A DNA stretch of 46,061 nt, taken from positions 1-46,061 of the forward strand of contig JAEOSZ010000101.1 in assembly GCA_016840095.1 (NCBI GenBank), read 5' to 3'. Positions within the stretch are counted from its first letter, which is position 1, and every line of letters begins with the position of its first letter. Source of the stretch: Candidatus Heimdallarchaeota archaeon. Its GTDB lineage: Archaea > Asgardarchaeota > Heimdallarchaeia > Heimdallarchaeales > Heimdallarchaeaceae. Both the position numbers and the translations under genes were made by a program. Shown piece after piece: positions 26,905-38,177 of this stretch. The notes below the pieces were generated by a model. It was not told where the DNA came from. It made no database searches and was given only the letters and a program-made list of their open reading frames with translations.

Positions 26905-27225
26905 TTATAAAACTTCAGTGAGAACTTTATCGATAGCTTCTTTCTCAATCTTTTTTGCTTTTTCTTTGAGTTTGCTTTGGGATTCTTCAAACCCTTTGTT
27001 CATTGTAGCAAATTCTTTCTCAACTCTACCCTCAACACCGGAAAGAACTTTATCAGCTTCTTCTTTTGCTTGAATTTCTGCATCCCTAATCTTCAATATA
27101 GAAGTCTTTTCAGCTTCTAAAACAGCATTCTGTTTGGTTATTTCTGTTTGCTTGATTTTCTCTTCGCAATCTCTTTCTGTTTTTCTTATCTTTTTAAGAA
27201 ATTCAACGCTCATAGTATCTACCAC
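26905..27225 (-). CDS. A/V-type ATP synthase subunit H/G (peripheral stalk)
   Basis: About 105 aa E/K-rich coiled coil (LKKIRKTE..EEKI), adjacent to subunit F. Confidence 0.7.
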   Translation of the reverse strand: MVDTMSVEFLKKIRKTERDCEEKIKQTEITKQNAVLEAEKTSILKIRDAEIQAKEEADKVLSGVEGRVEKEFATMNKGFEESQSKLKEKAKKIEKEAIDKVLTEVL

Positions 27226-27340
27226 GACAATATTTGTCCAGTTAAATGAATAGCATAAATTACTCTTTTAAAGGATTCTGTTGCACCTTATTATCCAAAG
27301 ATATGACGAAAGAGATTTAATTCAACACGTAAAAGGATGA

Positions 27341-28708
27341 TTGATGAGAAGAAAATATTTTGGAACAAATGGGATCAGAGGAGTTGTAGGAGATTTAATC
27401 ACCCCAGAGTTTATTTCCAAAATGAGTTCTGCCATCGCTTCTTATATGCTAGACAAAGGAACTATGGTAATTGGTTCAGATTCTAGATTAAGTAGCCCTT
27501 CACTCAAAGAAGAAGTAATTTCAAGCTTCTTAGAACAAGATATAGAAGTAATAGATCTGGGGATTGTCCCTACACCTCTAGTTCAATATGCAGTCCCTCA
27601 TTTGCATGCACAAATGGGAATAGTTGTAACGGCAAGCCACAATCCTCCGGAATTTAACGGAATCAAAGTAATAGATTCGGATGGAATAGAAATCGATATA
27701 GCAAAACAGAAGAGAATTGAAGAAATTTATGAAACTGAAATCTATCAAATTGATAAAACAAAAACGATTAACAAAATAACAGAGATGAATCTAACATCTG
27801 AATATGTAGATCAAATTATCAGTTTGGTAGATGCCGATTTAATACGAAAGAGTAAACTTATAGCTGTAGTTGATGGTGGAAACGGTGTAGGTGGTTTGGT
27901 AACCCCCCATTTACTTGGAGAATTAGGTATAAAGGTAGTATCTGTTAACTGTCAGCTCGATGGAAAATTTCCAGGAAGAGGTGTAGAACCTGACCCAGTA
28001 AAGCTTAGTACGATGGGATTTGTAGCAAATCAAACTAAAGCTCATTTTTGTGTTGCTCATGATGGAGATGCAGATCGAGCAATCTTTGGTGATGAAAAAG
28101 GTAAAATCTATTTTGGGGACAAATCAATTGTACTATTCGAAAAATGGATTTTACAAAAATCCAACAACAAACAATTTGTAACTCCAGTTAGCTCTTCTTC
28201 TGCAGTTAGTGATATCGCAGAAGAGTTAGGTGGAACCGTAATATGGACACCTGTTGGATGCATCTATGTCAGTAGAAAGATGATTGAAAATAACAGTATA
28301 TTGGGAGGAGAAGAAAATGGAGGATTGTTCTATGCACCTCACCAAAGCGTTAGAGATGGAATGATGGCGGCAGCACTGATGGCTAATATCTTAGCTGAAT
28401 CCAAAGAAAAGTTGAGTGATTTATCTTTAAAATTACCTCAATATTTTCAAGCAAAAGAAAAGATCATGTGTCCTAACGAACTTAAGTTTAGGGTAATGGA
28501 CCACATCCAAAGCATTGCTCAAGCAGATGAAGTAATCTCAGTTGATGGAGTTAAGTTATTCTTTACTGATGGTTGGATATTGATAAGACCATCTGGAACT
28601 GAACCTATTTTTAGAATCTTTGTAGAAGCTAAGAGTAGTAAAAATGTTGAGGTTCTACTCAAACAAGGTTTAAGTCTAGTAAAACAAGCTTTAAAGAAAT
28701 ATCAATAA
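27341..28708 (+). CDS. glmM: Phosphoglucosamine mutase / PMM-PGM family
   Basis: FGTNGIRG, TASHNP, DGDADR, GGEENGG, RPSGTEP. Confidence 0.9.
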   Translation: MMRRKYFGTNGIRGVVGDLITPEFISKMSSAIASYMLDKGTMVIGSDSRLSSPSLKEEVISSFLEQDIEVIDLGIVPTPLVQYAVPHLHAQMGIVVTASHNPPEFNGIKVIDSDGIEIDIAKQKRIEEIYETEIYQIDKTKTINKITEMNLTSEYVDQIISLVDADLIRKSKLIAVVDGGNGVGGLVTPHLLGELGIKVVSVNCQLDGKFPGRGVEPDPVKLSTMGFVANQTKAHFCVAHDGDADRAIFGDEKGKIYFGDKSIVLFEKWILQKSNNKQFVTPVSSSSAVSDIAEELGGTVIWTPVGCIYVSRKMIENNSILGGEENGGLFYAPHQSVRDGMMAAALMANILAESKEKLSDLSLKLPQYFQAKEKIMCPNELKFRVMDHIQSIAQADEVISVDGVKLFFTDGWILIRPSGTEPIFRIFVEAKSSKNVEVLLKQGLSLVKQALKKYQ

Positions 28709-28841
28709 ACCTTGAAAATCTGAAAGTGTTCTAAGATTTGTTATCTTCTCTGTAAAAGACTAAATTAGATAAAAGAGAGAGATTTAACAAAACTTAAAAA
28801 AAGAAATCATTAAGTTGGGTAGCAAGCAGAGAGTATGAAAG

Positions 28842-30629
28842 ATGACTACAGCTAATACTGAGCAAATCGGTTTAATTGATAGAATCTCTGGACCAGTTGT
28901 TCAAGCTTCTAACATGTTAGGATCTAAGCTATATGATGTAGCAAGAGTAGGTGATGAAAAGCTAGTAGGAGAGATTATCAGACTTATTGGTGACCTAGCA
29001 ACTATTCAAGTTTATGAGAGCACAGAAGGGTTAACTCCTGGAGAACCTGTCTATTTGACAAATGCTCCTCTTTCAGTTGAACTTGGACCAGGTTTGATGA
29101 GACAAATTTTTGATGGAATTCAAAGACCATTACCAGTTATCCGAGAAGTTTCGGGTGATTTCATTGCAAGAGGAATTGAAATTCCTGGTCTAGATCACAA
29201 GAAATTGTGGGATTTTGCACCTAGTTTGAAAGTAGGAGACAAAGTAGTTGGTGGAGATATTTTAGGTGAGATTCCTGAAACTCCAACAGTGGATTTCAAG
29301 TTAATGGTTCCTCCTAATATTCAAGGAAAAATTGATTTTATTGCACAAAGAGGAGATTATACTGTAGATGATTTATCAACTACTATAGCTACTCCTTCTG
29401 GCGATAAAGTAGACTTAAAGTTCTTTCATAGATGGCCAGTTAGACGACCTAGACCATATCATCAAAGGTTACCATCCAATGTACCTTTAATTACGGGGCA
29501 ACGAATTTTTGATACTATAGCACCTATAGCTAAAGGTGGAACTGGGGCAATTCCAGGGGGATTTGGAACTGGTAAAACAGTAAGTCAACACCAATTAGCA
29601 AAATGGTCAGATGCTAAAATCGTAGTATACGTTGGTTGTGGAGAGAGAGGAAACGAGATGACAGATGTACTTAGAGAGTTTCCAAAACTAGTAGATCCAT
29701 ATACAGGAGGACCTTTGATGGATAGAACAGTATTAATCGCTAATACATCAAATATGCCTGTTGCTGCTCGAGAAGCAAGTGTATATACAGGTATAACACT
29801 TGCAGAGTTCTTCCGTGATATGGGGTATGATGTAGCTATGATGGCAGATAGTACATCACGTTGGGCAGAAGCTATGAGAGAAATTTCAGGAAGATTAGAA
29901 GAAATGCCTGGTGAAGAATCATTCCCAGCATATCTATCCTCAAGAATTGCAGAATACTATGAGAGAGCAGGACGAGTACTAACAATTGGAACTAAACCAA
30001 GAGAAGCCAGTATTACAGTAGTCGGTGCTGTAAGTCCCCCAGGTGGAGATTTCAGTGAGCCTGTAACTCAAAATACATTGAGAATAGTAAAAGTATTTTG
30101 GGCCCTCTCTAAAGATTTAGCTAGTCGTAGACATTTTCCAGCAATTGACTATCTACTAAGTTACACACTTTATTGGTCAGCTTTGGAAGATTTTTATTCT
30201 GAGAATGTCAGTACAGAATTTCCAACATTACGAAGTGAGACTTTAGCACTTCTCCAGAAAGACAAAGAGTTACAGGATATTGTAGCTCTAGTTGGACCAG
30301 ATGCTTTACCTCCAAGTGAAAAGATTATTCTTGAAACAGCAAGAATGATTAAAGAAGATTTCTTACAACAAAATGCATTTCATGAAACAGATAGTTTCTG
30401 TGGTCTAGACAAACAATATCTAATGTTGAAGACAATTCTACGATTTTATGAAAAAGCTCAAGATCTCTATCGACGTGGTGCAATGGTAGCAGACATATTT
30501 GAACACGAGCTAGTAATTAGAATTGCAAGAATGAAATACATTGATAGAAGTGAAGTTGAAGAAAGTCTTAATCAATTGATGAAAGAGATAGATGGTTTGA
30601 CACCCGATAATTTTGGTGTGGAGGATTAA
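28842..30629 (+). CDS. atpA: A/V-type ATP synthase subunit A
   Basis: [40 protein letters not shown]; no intein. Confidence 0.98.
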   Translation: MTTANTEQIGLIDRISGPVVQASNMLGSKLYDVARVGDEKLVGEIIRLIGDLATIQVYESTEGLTPGEPVYLTNAPLSVELGPGLMRQIFDGIQRPLPVIREVSGDFIARGIEIPGLDHKKLWDFAPSLKVGDKVVGGDILGEIPETPTVDFKLMVPPNIQGKIDFIAQRGDYTVDDLSTTIATPSGDKVDLKFFHRWPVRRPRPYHQRLPSNVPLITGQRIFDTIAPIAKGGTGAIPGGFGTGKTVSQHQLAKWSDAKIVVYVGCGERGNEMTDVLREFPKLVDPYTGGPLMDRTVLIANTSNMPVAAREASVYTGITLAEFFRDMGYDVAMMADSTSRWAEAMREISGRLEEMPGEESFPAYLSSRIAEYYERAGRVLTIGTKPREASITVVGAVSPPGGDFSEPVTQNTLRIVKVFWALSKDLASRRHFPAIDYLLSYTLYWSALEDFYSENVSTEFPTLRSETLALLQKDKELQDIVALVGPDALPPSEKIILETARMIKEDFLQQNAFHETDSFCGLDKQYLMLKTILRFYEKAQDLYRRGAMVADIFEHELVIRIARMKYIDRSEVEESLNQLMKEIDGLTPDNFGVED

Positions 30630-30631
30630 AA

Positions 30632-32074
30632 ATGACTATACAAGAAAAATATGAAACTAGAGAATTTAAAACAGTTACAGAAGTTTCAGGACCTTTGATG
30701 TTTGTAGATTTACAAGGAATGGGAGGAGTATCTTATGCTGAAATTGTTGAAATCACTACAACTACAGGAGAAAGAAGAAGAGGACAAGTATTGGATGTTT
30801 CTAAAGATCTTGCAGTTATCCAATGTTTTGAAGGTACTTCTGGCCTTGAAACAAAAGATACTACTTGCAGATTTCTTGGTGACACAATGAAAATTGGTGT
30901 TAGCCCTGAAATGCTTGGACGAGTCTTTAATGGTAGAGGTGAACCAATTGACGGAGGAGGAGACATTGTTCCAGACAAGATTCTAGATATTACAGGATCG
31001 CCTATTAATCCATCCGCAAGACAATATCCAAAAGAATTCATTGAAACAGGCATTAGTACAATTGACACATTGTTGACACTTGTCAGAGGTCAAAAACTAC
31101 CTCTGTTCAGCGGAAGTGGTCTTCCTCACAACATGCTAGCAGCACAGATTGCAAGACAAGCAAAAGTTTTAGGAGCCGAAGAAGAATTTGCTGTTATCTT
31201 CTCAGCAATGGGTATCACAGCTGACGAAGCTAGGTTTTTCAGAGATGATTTTGAGCAAACGGGAGCTTTAGACAAAGTGGTTCTTTTCCTTAACTTAGCA
31301 GATGATCCAGCGATTGAACGTCTATTAACACCTCGTCTAGCTTTAACCGCTGCAGAACATCTAGCATTTGATCACGATTATCAGGTACTTGTTATTCTTA
31401 CAGATATAACTGCATATGCAGAATCTCTTCGAGAAGTTGCAGCAGCAAGAAGCGAAGTTCCAAGCAGAAGAGGTTATCCAGGTTACATGTATTCAGATTT
31501 TTCAACTATTTATGAAAGAGCAGGAAGAATACATGGTAAGAAGGGTTCAATTACTCAAATTCCAATTTTAACTCTGCCAAACTACGATATAACACATCCC
31601 GTCCCTGATCTTACAGGATATATAACAGAAGGGCAAGTCTATGTTGATGTTGGTTTAAATCGTAAAGGATTATATCCTCCAATTAACCCATTACCTTCCC
31701 TTTCAAGATTAATGAAGGATACAATTGGACAAGGTTCAACAAGAAGTGATCACAAATATGTTCAAGATCAGTTATATGCATTATATGCAACTGGTAAAGA
31801 TTTGAGAGATCTTGTAGCTGTAGTTGGTGATGAATCTCTATCGGATATCGATAAAAAGACTCTTGAATTTGCTGAACAGTTCGAAGAAAAATTCATCAAT
31901 CAAGATTACTATGAGGACAGATCTATTTTTGAATCATTAGATATTGGTTGGGAACTATTGGGCTTATTTGAAGATCCTTACAGGGTTTTGAAGCGTATTC
32001 CTTCTGAATTTATTGATAAATTTCACTTAGATAAAAGAGACAAAAAAACAGATTTCAACACTGTTGATATTTAA
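30632..32074 (+). CDS. atpB: A/V-type ATP synthase subunit B
   Basis: [46 protein letters not shown]. Confidence 0.98.
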   Translation: MTIQEKYETREFKTVTEVSGPLMFVDLQGMGGVSYAEIVEITTTTGERRRGQVLDVSKDLAVIQCFEGTSGLETKDTTCRFLGDTMKIGVSPEMLGRVFNGRGEPIDGGGDIVPDKILDITGSPINPSARQYPKEFIETGISTIDTLLTLVRGQKLPLFSGSGLPHNMLAAQIARQAKVLGAEEEFAVIFSAMGITADEARFFRDDFEQTGALDKVVLFLNLADDPAIERLLTPRLALTAAEHLAFDHDYQVLVILTDITAYAESLREVAAARSEVPSRRGYPGYMYSDFSTIYERAGRIHGKKGSITQIPILTLPNYDITHPVPDLTGYITEGQVYVDVGLNRKGLYPPINPLPSLSRLMKDTIGQGSTRSDHKYVQDQLYALYATGKDLRDLVAVVGDESLSDIDKKTLEFAEQFEEKFINQDYYEDRSIFESLDIGWELLGLFEDPYRVLKRIPSEFIDKFHLDKRDKKTDFNTVDI

Positions 32075-32095
32075 TCTAGTTCTCTTTTTTTCTTT

Positions 32096-32857
32096 TTATT
32101 CAAGCACAATACAATCAGAATCATCTATTTTAAGCCATTTTTTCACTTTCAAAAAATCACCTAATCTATCGATTGAAATTGAAAAATGTATATCTCTCTC
32201 AAATCCCAATTTGGTTAGATATCTTCCATTCTTAGATTTGATAAGTAAATCTTTGATATCTGCTTCTTCATCTAACAATCTAGTAGTTTTATCCCAAAAT
32301 TCATCCCTATTGGTAATTTGGAAGTTTCTTGTTTCAGTGATTTTTCTTGCTATGAGAGCGCTTGTTATCCAATCCTCTACAATATAGTCATCTAAATTAT
32401 AATGATTGCCTGCAGGAATAATGACAATGTTTTTTTCCTTTTGAAAAGCCAGTTTCCCAACAGTTTCAGAAAGAGAAGTCATATTTACAAGCGCAGCAAG
32501 ATAAACATTCTTCATATTTTTAAGTTGAATCAATGTCTTTGCTCCATTACTAGATGTAAAAATTGCATTCTTGTTTTGAATTCTCTCCTTTGAAATCTCA
32601 GTAGGAGAATTTCCATAATCAAATCCTGGAATTCTTATACCTTTTTCTTCACCAATCAGTAAACAGTCTGAACACTTTTGTTTCTGTACAAATCTAGCGT
32701 CATGTTGATTATTAACAACATAAATCGTTTTAATGCCATAATTTGCTAAAACTGCTAGAGTTGTTGTTGCTCTAAATGTATCAACTACTATGAAGTAATC
32801 TTCATCATTAAATTCAAACTGTGTTATTAACTTTGGTCTAATAATAAAGATGTTCAT
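32096..32857 (-). CDS. comB: 2-phosphosulfolactate phosphatase (ComB) family
   Basis: VVDTFRATTT, GEE.G..IPGFDYGNSP, TSSNG, ED. Confidence 0.88.
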   Translation of the reverse strand: MNIFIIRPKLITQFEFNDEDYFIVVDTFRATTTLAVLANYGIKTIYVVNNQHDARFVQKQKCSDCLLIGEEKGIRIPGFDYGNSPTEISKERIQNKNAIFTSSNGAKTLIQLKNMKNVYLAALVNMTSLSETVGKLAFQKEKNIVIIPAGNHYNLDDYIVEDWITSALIARKITETRNFQITNRDEFWDKTTRLLDEEADIKDLLIKSKNGRYLTKLGFERDIHFSISIDRLGDFLKVKKWLKIDDSDCIVLE

Positions 32858-32949
32858 TTAACCAGCTCTTGAGAGTTTTTTATCATAATTTATATTTCAT
32901 AATTTTTATAATCAGGCTAAGAATTGGTAGATGAAAGACAAATAAGTAT

Positions 32950-33026
32950 GGTCGGATGGTCTAGCTTGGTAAGATTTTTGCTTCGGGAGTAAAGGATCCT
33001 GGGTTCAAATCCCAGTCCGACCACCA
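32950..33026 (+). tRNA. tRNA-Pro(CGG)
   Basis: Acceptor GGTCGGA/TCCGACC plus ACCA; anticodon arm TTTGC-TT-CGG-GA-GTAAA; T-loop TTCAAAT. Confidence 0.93.
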
Positions 33027-33030
33027 AATC

Positions 33031-33552
33031 TTATTCGATATCTACACATGTTTTGTATTTTCCTCGAGTATATGTTAACATGTCTGGAAAGCTCTCTTCT
33101 TTCCATTTTTCATCTAAATGAAAAGCTACTACTTCTCCAATGAATAAATCATGTGAACCTAATTCTATAATCTGATAAACTTTACACTCTAAACTTACAG
33201 GACACTCTTCAATGTAAGGGGCGTTTATGTTTTCACTTTCTCCTTTTGTGAAATTACACTCTTTCCATTTATCATGTTCTCTACCAGATTTAGTTCCACA
33301 GAATTCTACTTGCTCTAGCATACTTGCAGTAGGGATATTTAGAACAAATTCTTCAGAATTCTTAATCAAATCATAAGAAAATCTTGATTTTCTAATTGCT
33401 ATAGAAACATAAGGAGGGTTAGAGCTACTGGTTCCCCCCCAAGCTAAAGTGATTATTGATTCTTTGTCTTCATAAGCTGCCGATACTAGCATAACTGGAT
33501 TTGGATAAAGAGCTGAGTTCTTTATTTCTTGTAATTTTTTCATATTTCTCAA
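33031..33552 (-). CDS. Flavin reductase (flavoredoxin-like) family protein
   Basis: LYPNPV.LVS, EFVLNIP, CGTKSGR..DK, I.ECPVSLEC, HDLFIGEV. Confidence 0.92.
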   Translation of the reverse strand: MRNMKKLQEIKNSALYPNPVMLVSAAYEDKESIITLAWGGTSSSNPPYVSIAIRKSRFSYDLIKNSEEFVLNIPTASMLEQVEFCGTKSGREHDKWKECNFTKGESENINAPYIEECPVSLECKVYQIIELGSHDLFIGEVVAFHLDEKWKEESFPDMLTYTRGKYKTCVDIE

Positions 33553-33592
33553 TATGTTCTAAATATAAAAGGAAATAAACTTTTCTTGTATT

Positions 33593-34141
33593 CTATGCTT
33601 CTCCTAATTTTTCTGTAGATTTCATCAAGGCACCAATATTCGAAGGAGTAAAGAACCCATCAAAATCTCCAAAACGCTGAACATATTCAATAATATGGTT
33701 ACCTGCCTCTGTTGGTTTAGTAAATATTTGTTTAATTCCTTCTTCTTCACTTCCAATAATACTGGAGGTAGTGAATTCTACACCTCTACTTTTCTGAATT
33801 TCTACAACCCTTTCTATATCATGAACTAAATATGCGAAGTGATGAACTCTTCCACCATATTTTTTGACATATTTTTCTACAATAGAGTCCTCTGCTAGAC
33901 CCTCACTTACAACTATTACTGGTAGTGTATCATGAAGACGAAGTGTGCTTGTAATAGCATTCATAGAAATGACCTTGAAGGATTTATGCTCTTGATAAGG
34001 TACCAAATTGGCAAGTTCAGTCATTGCTTTTTCTCTTTTTCCCATTTTGACACGATAAGCAATGTGATCTAATTTTATAATAAGATCACCTAGACCAGTC
34101 TGTTTAACTTCTTCTTGTGCTGTTTTTAGATCAAGTACCAT
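33593..34141 (-). CDS. VOC/glyoxalase family protein (HPPD C-terminal-like)
   Basis: DHIAY, VHHFAY, QIFT, EYVQR..GF. Confidence 0.8.
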   Translation of the reverse strand: MVLDLKTAQEEVKQTGLGDLIIKLDHIAYRVKMGKREKAMTELANLVPYQEHKSFKVISMNAITSTLRLHDTLPVIVVSEGLAEDSIVEKYVKKYGGRVHHFAYLVHDIERVVEIQKSRGVEFTTSSIIGSEEEGIKQIFTKPTEAGNHIIEYVQRFGDFDGFFTPSNIGALMKSTEKLGEA

Positions 34142-34252
34142 AATAAAAACACCTTTGTATTAAGAATAAATCAATATCAATTAAACTTTATTAATTTTCA
34201 AAAAATCATAAGTCACAGTTTTATAATCTGAAAACTAGTTTATTCTTAGATT

Positions 34253-34939
34253 ATGATGAAACTTGAGGAAATACTCGAAGAATTAGAATCCCTTAAGGGT
34301 AGTTCTAAAGACATAGAAGGGATGATAAGGTTCGGTATAAATCCCGAGAAACTATATGGAATAAGAATTCCTGTTTTACGTAAGCTGGCAAAGAAGATTA
34401 AGAAAAATCACCAACTTGCTCAACAATTGTGGGATTTAGGTTATAGAGAAACAATGATTCTTGCAGCTATGATTGATGATGCATCTCTAGTAACAGAAGC
34501 TCAAATGGAACAATGGGTTTCATCTCCATATTTCTCCTATTGGGAAGTTGTTGATCAAGCTTGTATGAACCTTTTCTATTTGACTGATTACGCTTTTTCA
34601 AAAGCTATTGAGTGGAGCAGTAGAGAAGAAGAATTTGTGAAAAGAGCATCTTTTTCACTTATTGCAGTTCTAGCTTGGAAAGACAAAGTTGCAGAAGATC
34701 AGGAATTTATCAGGTTCTTTCCATTTATAGAAAAGGAATCAACAGATGAAAGAAGTAATGTTAAGAATGCGGTAAACTGGGCTTTAAGACAAATTGGAAA
34801 AAGGAATTTAAATCTTAACAGAGAGGCTGTTATTTTAGCAAAGCAAATTCTGGAAATTGATTCGAAAAGTACTAAATGGATTGCAAAGAATGCATTAAAA
34901 GAGCTAGAAAGTGATAAAATTCAATCTAGATTTAACTAG
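34253..34939 (+). CDS. DNA alkylation repair protein (AlkD-like)
   Basis: GIRIP.LR.LAK, WEVVD, EEFVKR, DER..VK.AVNWALRQIGKR. Confidence 0.92.
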   Translation: MMKLEEILEELESLKGSSKDIEGMIRFGINPEKLYGIRIPVLRKLAKKIKKNHQLAQQLWDLGYRETMILAAMIDDASLVTEAQMEQWVSSPYFSYWEVVDQACMNLFYLTDYAFSKAIEWSSREEEFVKRASFSLIAVLAWKDKVAEDQEFIRFFPFIEKESTDERSNVKNAVNWALRQIGKRNLNLNREAVILAKQILEIDSKSTKWIAKNALKELESDKIQSRFN

Positions 34940-34955
34940 GGATAAAATGTGAGAA

Positions 34956-35609
34956 TTACTCTTCTCCTTTCATTATCTTTTTAGTCTTATCTCTGATTTC
35001 TGTCATTTCAGATATTTTTTCCTTCAATACTTGTTTCAGTTGTTCATTATCAAAGGCTTCTAAACGTCCACTACAATGTTCGCACTCAAAATTATTGTCC
35101 ATTGCCTCTTGAAAAGTAACTCTTGGACATTCGGGATTATTGCATGTAAAGAACATATTTCCTTCCTCATAATTCAACCTCTCTTGAAGCTTCTCCATAA
35201 CTTCCTGTTGTTTCTTTTCAACGAATACATCAATTCTTTCAGGATGCAATGTCCAGAAATATACAAACCAACCTGTAGATTTATCTCTAATTCTGCGAAA
35301 AGTCGCAAGTTGAAGGTCATATAATTTGTAAAGAGATTTTCTTACTTGATTTAAACGCATGTCAAGTTTCTCAGAAATTTCTTCATCCGTAGTTTCTTGA
35401 TCTGCATTAAGCAGAACCAAAGTAACTTGTCTAACTTCCTCCCCTGCTATATCATCAACTACTTCTATGAGAGTTTGTCTTTGTCGTTCTGAAATATTTA
35501 TTTTCGATGCCATCTTCACAGAACCGACATCTGTATCCTCATCAAAATTATTAACTGCTTCCCTAGACATAGACAATCTCACACAATAAGTTATGATATC
35601 AACCGACAA
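34956..35609 (-). CDS. tfe: Transcription factor E (TFIIE-alpha homolog); true start probably further downstream
   Basis: TDEEI..L...LN.VRK.LYKL, RD..TGWFVYFW, C..C zinc ribbon, DN. Confidence 0.93.
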   Translation of the reverse strand: MSVDIITYCVRLSMSREAVNNFDEDTDVGSVKMASKINISERQRQTLIEVVDDIAGEEVRQVTLVLLNADQETTDEEISEKLDMRLNQVRKSLYKLYDLQLATFRRIRDKSTGWFVYFWTLHPERIDVFVEKKQQEVMEKLQERLNYEEGNMFFTCNNPECPRVTFQEAMDNNFECEHCSGRLEAFDNEQLKQVLKEKISEMTEIRDKTKKIMKGEE

Positions 35610-35753
35610 AATATTATGTGATTCAAGCTTCTTTAATTTTATCTTATGAGGGTAATTTCTTAGTGTTCAAAATTGAACTATTTTGACAGCATTTCTTAAA
35701 TTACTTAAATACATGTAAAAAAACAAATAAAGTAGAAGAATAAAGCATTCTTA

Positions 35754-36935
35754 ATGAGTGTAGTAAAACAAAAAACAGATCAAGCTGTTCAGATTCTGAA
35801 AGAACTAGATATTGATCTGTGGTTAACATATATAAGAAAAACATCAGAAGTACATGATCCAGCACTTTACTTCTTATTAGAGGATCGCTGGATGACTTGG
35901 CAAACAGCGATTCTGATTAGTAATAAAGGACATAAATTCGTTATTTGTGGACGATACGATGCAGCTAATGTAGAAGCTTCTGGGATTTATGATAAAGTAA
36001 TCAGCTACGATCAAAGTATCAAAGATGATTTACTTTCTGTTTTAGATGAGATTAAACCAAAGACTATCGCCATTAATTATTCCTTTGATAATATTGCTGC
36101 TGATGGGATGACACATGGAATGTGGTTAAGATTGAACAAGATGCTAGAAGATACAGAATACAAAGATAGCCTCATTTCCTCAGAAAATCTCCTTGCTGCT
36201 TTAAGAGGAAGGAAAACTGAACTTGAATTAGAACTAGTAAAGAAAGCTGTTGACATAAGTGAACTAGGACACAAGAAAGTTAGTGAAACTGCAAAAATAG
36301 GTGTGTCAGAAGAAGATATTGAGAAAATGCTATTACAATTTACAGAAGATCAAGGTCTAACTGTTTCTTACCCACCTTTAGTACATGTTGGTCCAGACAC
36401 ACAAATAGGACATGGAAAACCATCCCCTGATGTTAAAATCGGAAAAGGTAATCTAATCAGTGTTGATTATGGTGTTTTCTATGAAGGATATGCGTCGGAT
36501 TTACAAAGAATGAATTATATTTTGCAAGACAATGAAGATATTCCACCAGTTGAGGTAAGAAGAGCTTTCGAAACATGCTTTAAAGCAATTAGTACAGGAG
36601 CAGAGAAACTGAAACCAGGTGTATTGGGATGGGAAGTAGATTATGTAGCTAGAAAAGTAATAACAGATGCAGGATATGATGAATTCATGCATGCACTTGG
36701 ACATCAAATCGGAAGAAATGTTCATGATGGTGGTTGCTTACTTGGTCCCAAATGGGAAAAATATGGTCAATCTGTAATGTACCCTGTTGAAGAAAACCAA
36801 TGTTTTACTTTGGAGTTACATGTTTATGTTCCAAACCATGGTTACTGTAGTATTGAAGAAAACGTTGTTGTTACTAAAGACGGTTGCAAATTCCTTTCAG
36901 ACAGACAGATGGAATTAACCTTGTTAAAACTCTAA
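35754..36935 (+). CDS. Xaa-Pro peptidase (M24) family
   Basis: DYG...GY.SD.QR, HALGHQIG..VHDG, TLE, IEENVVV. Confidence 0.92.
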   Translation: MSVVKQKTDQAVQILKELDIDLWLTYIRKTSEVHDPALYFLLEDRWMTWQTAILISNKGHKFVICGRYDAANVEASGIYDKVISYDQSIKDDLLSVLDEIKPKTIAINYSFDNIAADGMTHGMWLRLNKMLEDTEYKDSLISSENLLAALRGRKTELELELVKKAVDISELGHKKVSETAKIGVSEEDIEKMLLQFTEDQGLTVSYPPLVHVGPDTQIGHGKPSPDVKIGKGNLISVDYGVFYEGYASDLQRMNYILQDNEDIPPVEVRRAFETCFKAISTGAEKLKPGVLGWEVDYVARKVITDAGYDEFMHALGHQIGRNVHDGGCLLGPKWEKYGQSVMYPVEENQCFTLELHVYVPNHGYCSIEENVVVTKDGCKFLSDRQMELTLLKL

Positions 36936-36952
36936 GTTCTGAAAAAGAATCA

Positions 36953-38011
36953 TTAATCCTTCAGTCTTGGATCAAGAGCGTCTCGTAAGGCATCGCCTAG
37001 GAGGTTGAAACCTAGCACCGTAAAGAAGATGAACAACGCTGGAAACATCGGCATCCATGGGTAATCAATTAAACTATCCTGCCACTTATTCAAATCATCT
37101 CCCCAGCTTACAGCTGTTGGATCCCCGAATCCGAAGAAAGCTAATGCTGCAAATATAAAAATCGTATTTGCAACTCCCAAAGTCACTATTATTATCAATG
37201 GTGCCAAGGAATTTGGTAATATGTGTTTAAAGATAATCCTTGCATCTGAAGCTCCCAGTGCTCTTTCTGCTTCAACAAAATCTTGTTCCTTCAACGAGAA
37301 GAAGTTTGATCGTACTATCAAAGCTGTTGGTCCCCAAGTTATTATTGACCAAAAGATAACTACTATAGAGTACTTCCCTCCAGGTATCTGCACGTCTTCA
37401 AAGATAACAATTACAAAAATTATAAGAATGAAAGTCGGCATTGATGACACTACTTCAATTACTCTTTGTATGATTCCATCCACTAACCCTCCATAGTATC
37501 CTGCTATTGACCCTATTATCGTTCCAATTATTACTGTAATTGCTTGTGAGATGAATCCTAATGCAAGAGATACTGTTGCTCCAAAGAACACTCTAGAAAG
37601 CATGTCATGTCCTACACTATCTGTTCCAAATGGATGCATAAACGATGGTGGTAATTTTGCTTCTGCAGGGAAATGGTGTCTTGGGTGTTGAAATAATACT
37701 ATGGGGCTATCCTTAGGCATTCCGGGTAACCATAGCTCGACATAGAGATTGTTGATACTAGCGGCTTTTTCTGGATCTCCCCAGAGTACTCCAATGTTTG
37801 TGAGCCAATTATCAAACCCTAGTAGAATCCATGATGAGAAAGCCATTAAGACCAGGATTAGAACTATATAGAGCCCTAGTACACCCATTTTGTCTTTCTT
37901 AATTCTTCTCCAGACTATACTCCACTGTCCAGCACCTTTCATGAGTTCTATATCCCTTATTGTTTCTTCATCAAACAGAAACTCATCTTCAGCTATTTCT
38001 TTAGTTGTCAT
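36953..38011 (-). CDS. Oligopeptide/dipeptide ABC transporter permease (OppC/DppC)
   Basis: HPFGTD..GHD.LSR, GYYGG.VD, EAERALGAS..RIIFKHILPN, FNLLGDALRDALDP. Confidence 0.95.
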   Translation of the reverse strand: MTTKEIAEDEFLFDEETIRDIELMKGAGQWSIVWRRIKKDKMGVLGLYIVLILVLMAFSSWILLGFDNWLTNIGVLWGDPEKAASINNLYVELWLPGMPKDSPIVLFQHPRHHFPAEAKLPPSFMHPFGTDSVGHDMLSRVFFGATVSLALGFISQAITVIIGTIIGSIAGYYGGLVDGIIQRVIEVVSSMPTFILIIFVIVIFEDVQIPGGKYSIVVIFWSIITWGPTALIVRSNFFSLKEQDFVEAERALGASDARIIFKHILPNSLAPLIIIVTLGVANTIFIFAALAFFGFGDPTAVSWGDDLNKWQDSLIDYPWMPMFPALFIFFTVLGFNLLGDALRDALDPRLKD

Positions 38012-38177
38012 GCTCTCACAAACTTGACTCAGCTTACGCTAGAGTTTATTATTACTCAAATGTTAACTCTGTTTCTGTAGTTTAATAAGAATTTCGGGTA
38101 CCATCTTATTTTCCTTTTTTACTAAAAGAGAACTAAACATGAAATAGAATATAAGTGTATGAAGCAGCCAGAAATTA

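Noticed and set aside
28842-30629. Possible intein in ATPase subunit A
   Set aside because: The 595-aa length and contiguous motifs leave no room for an insertion
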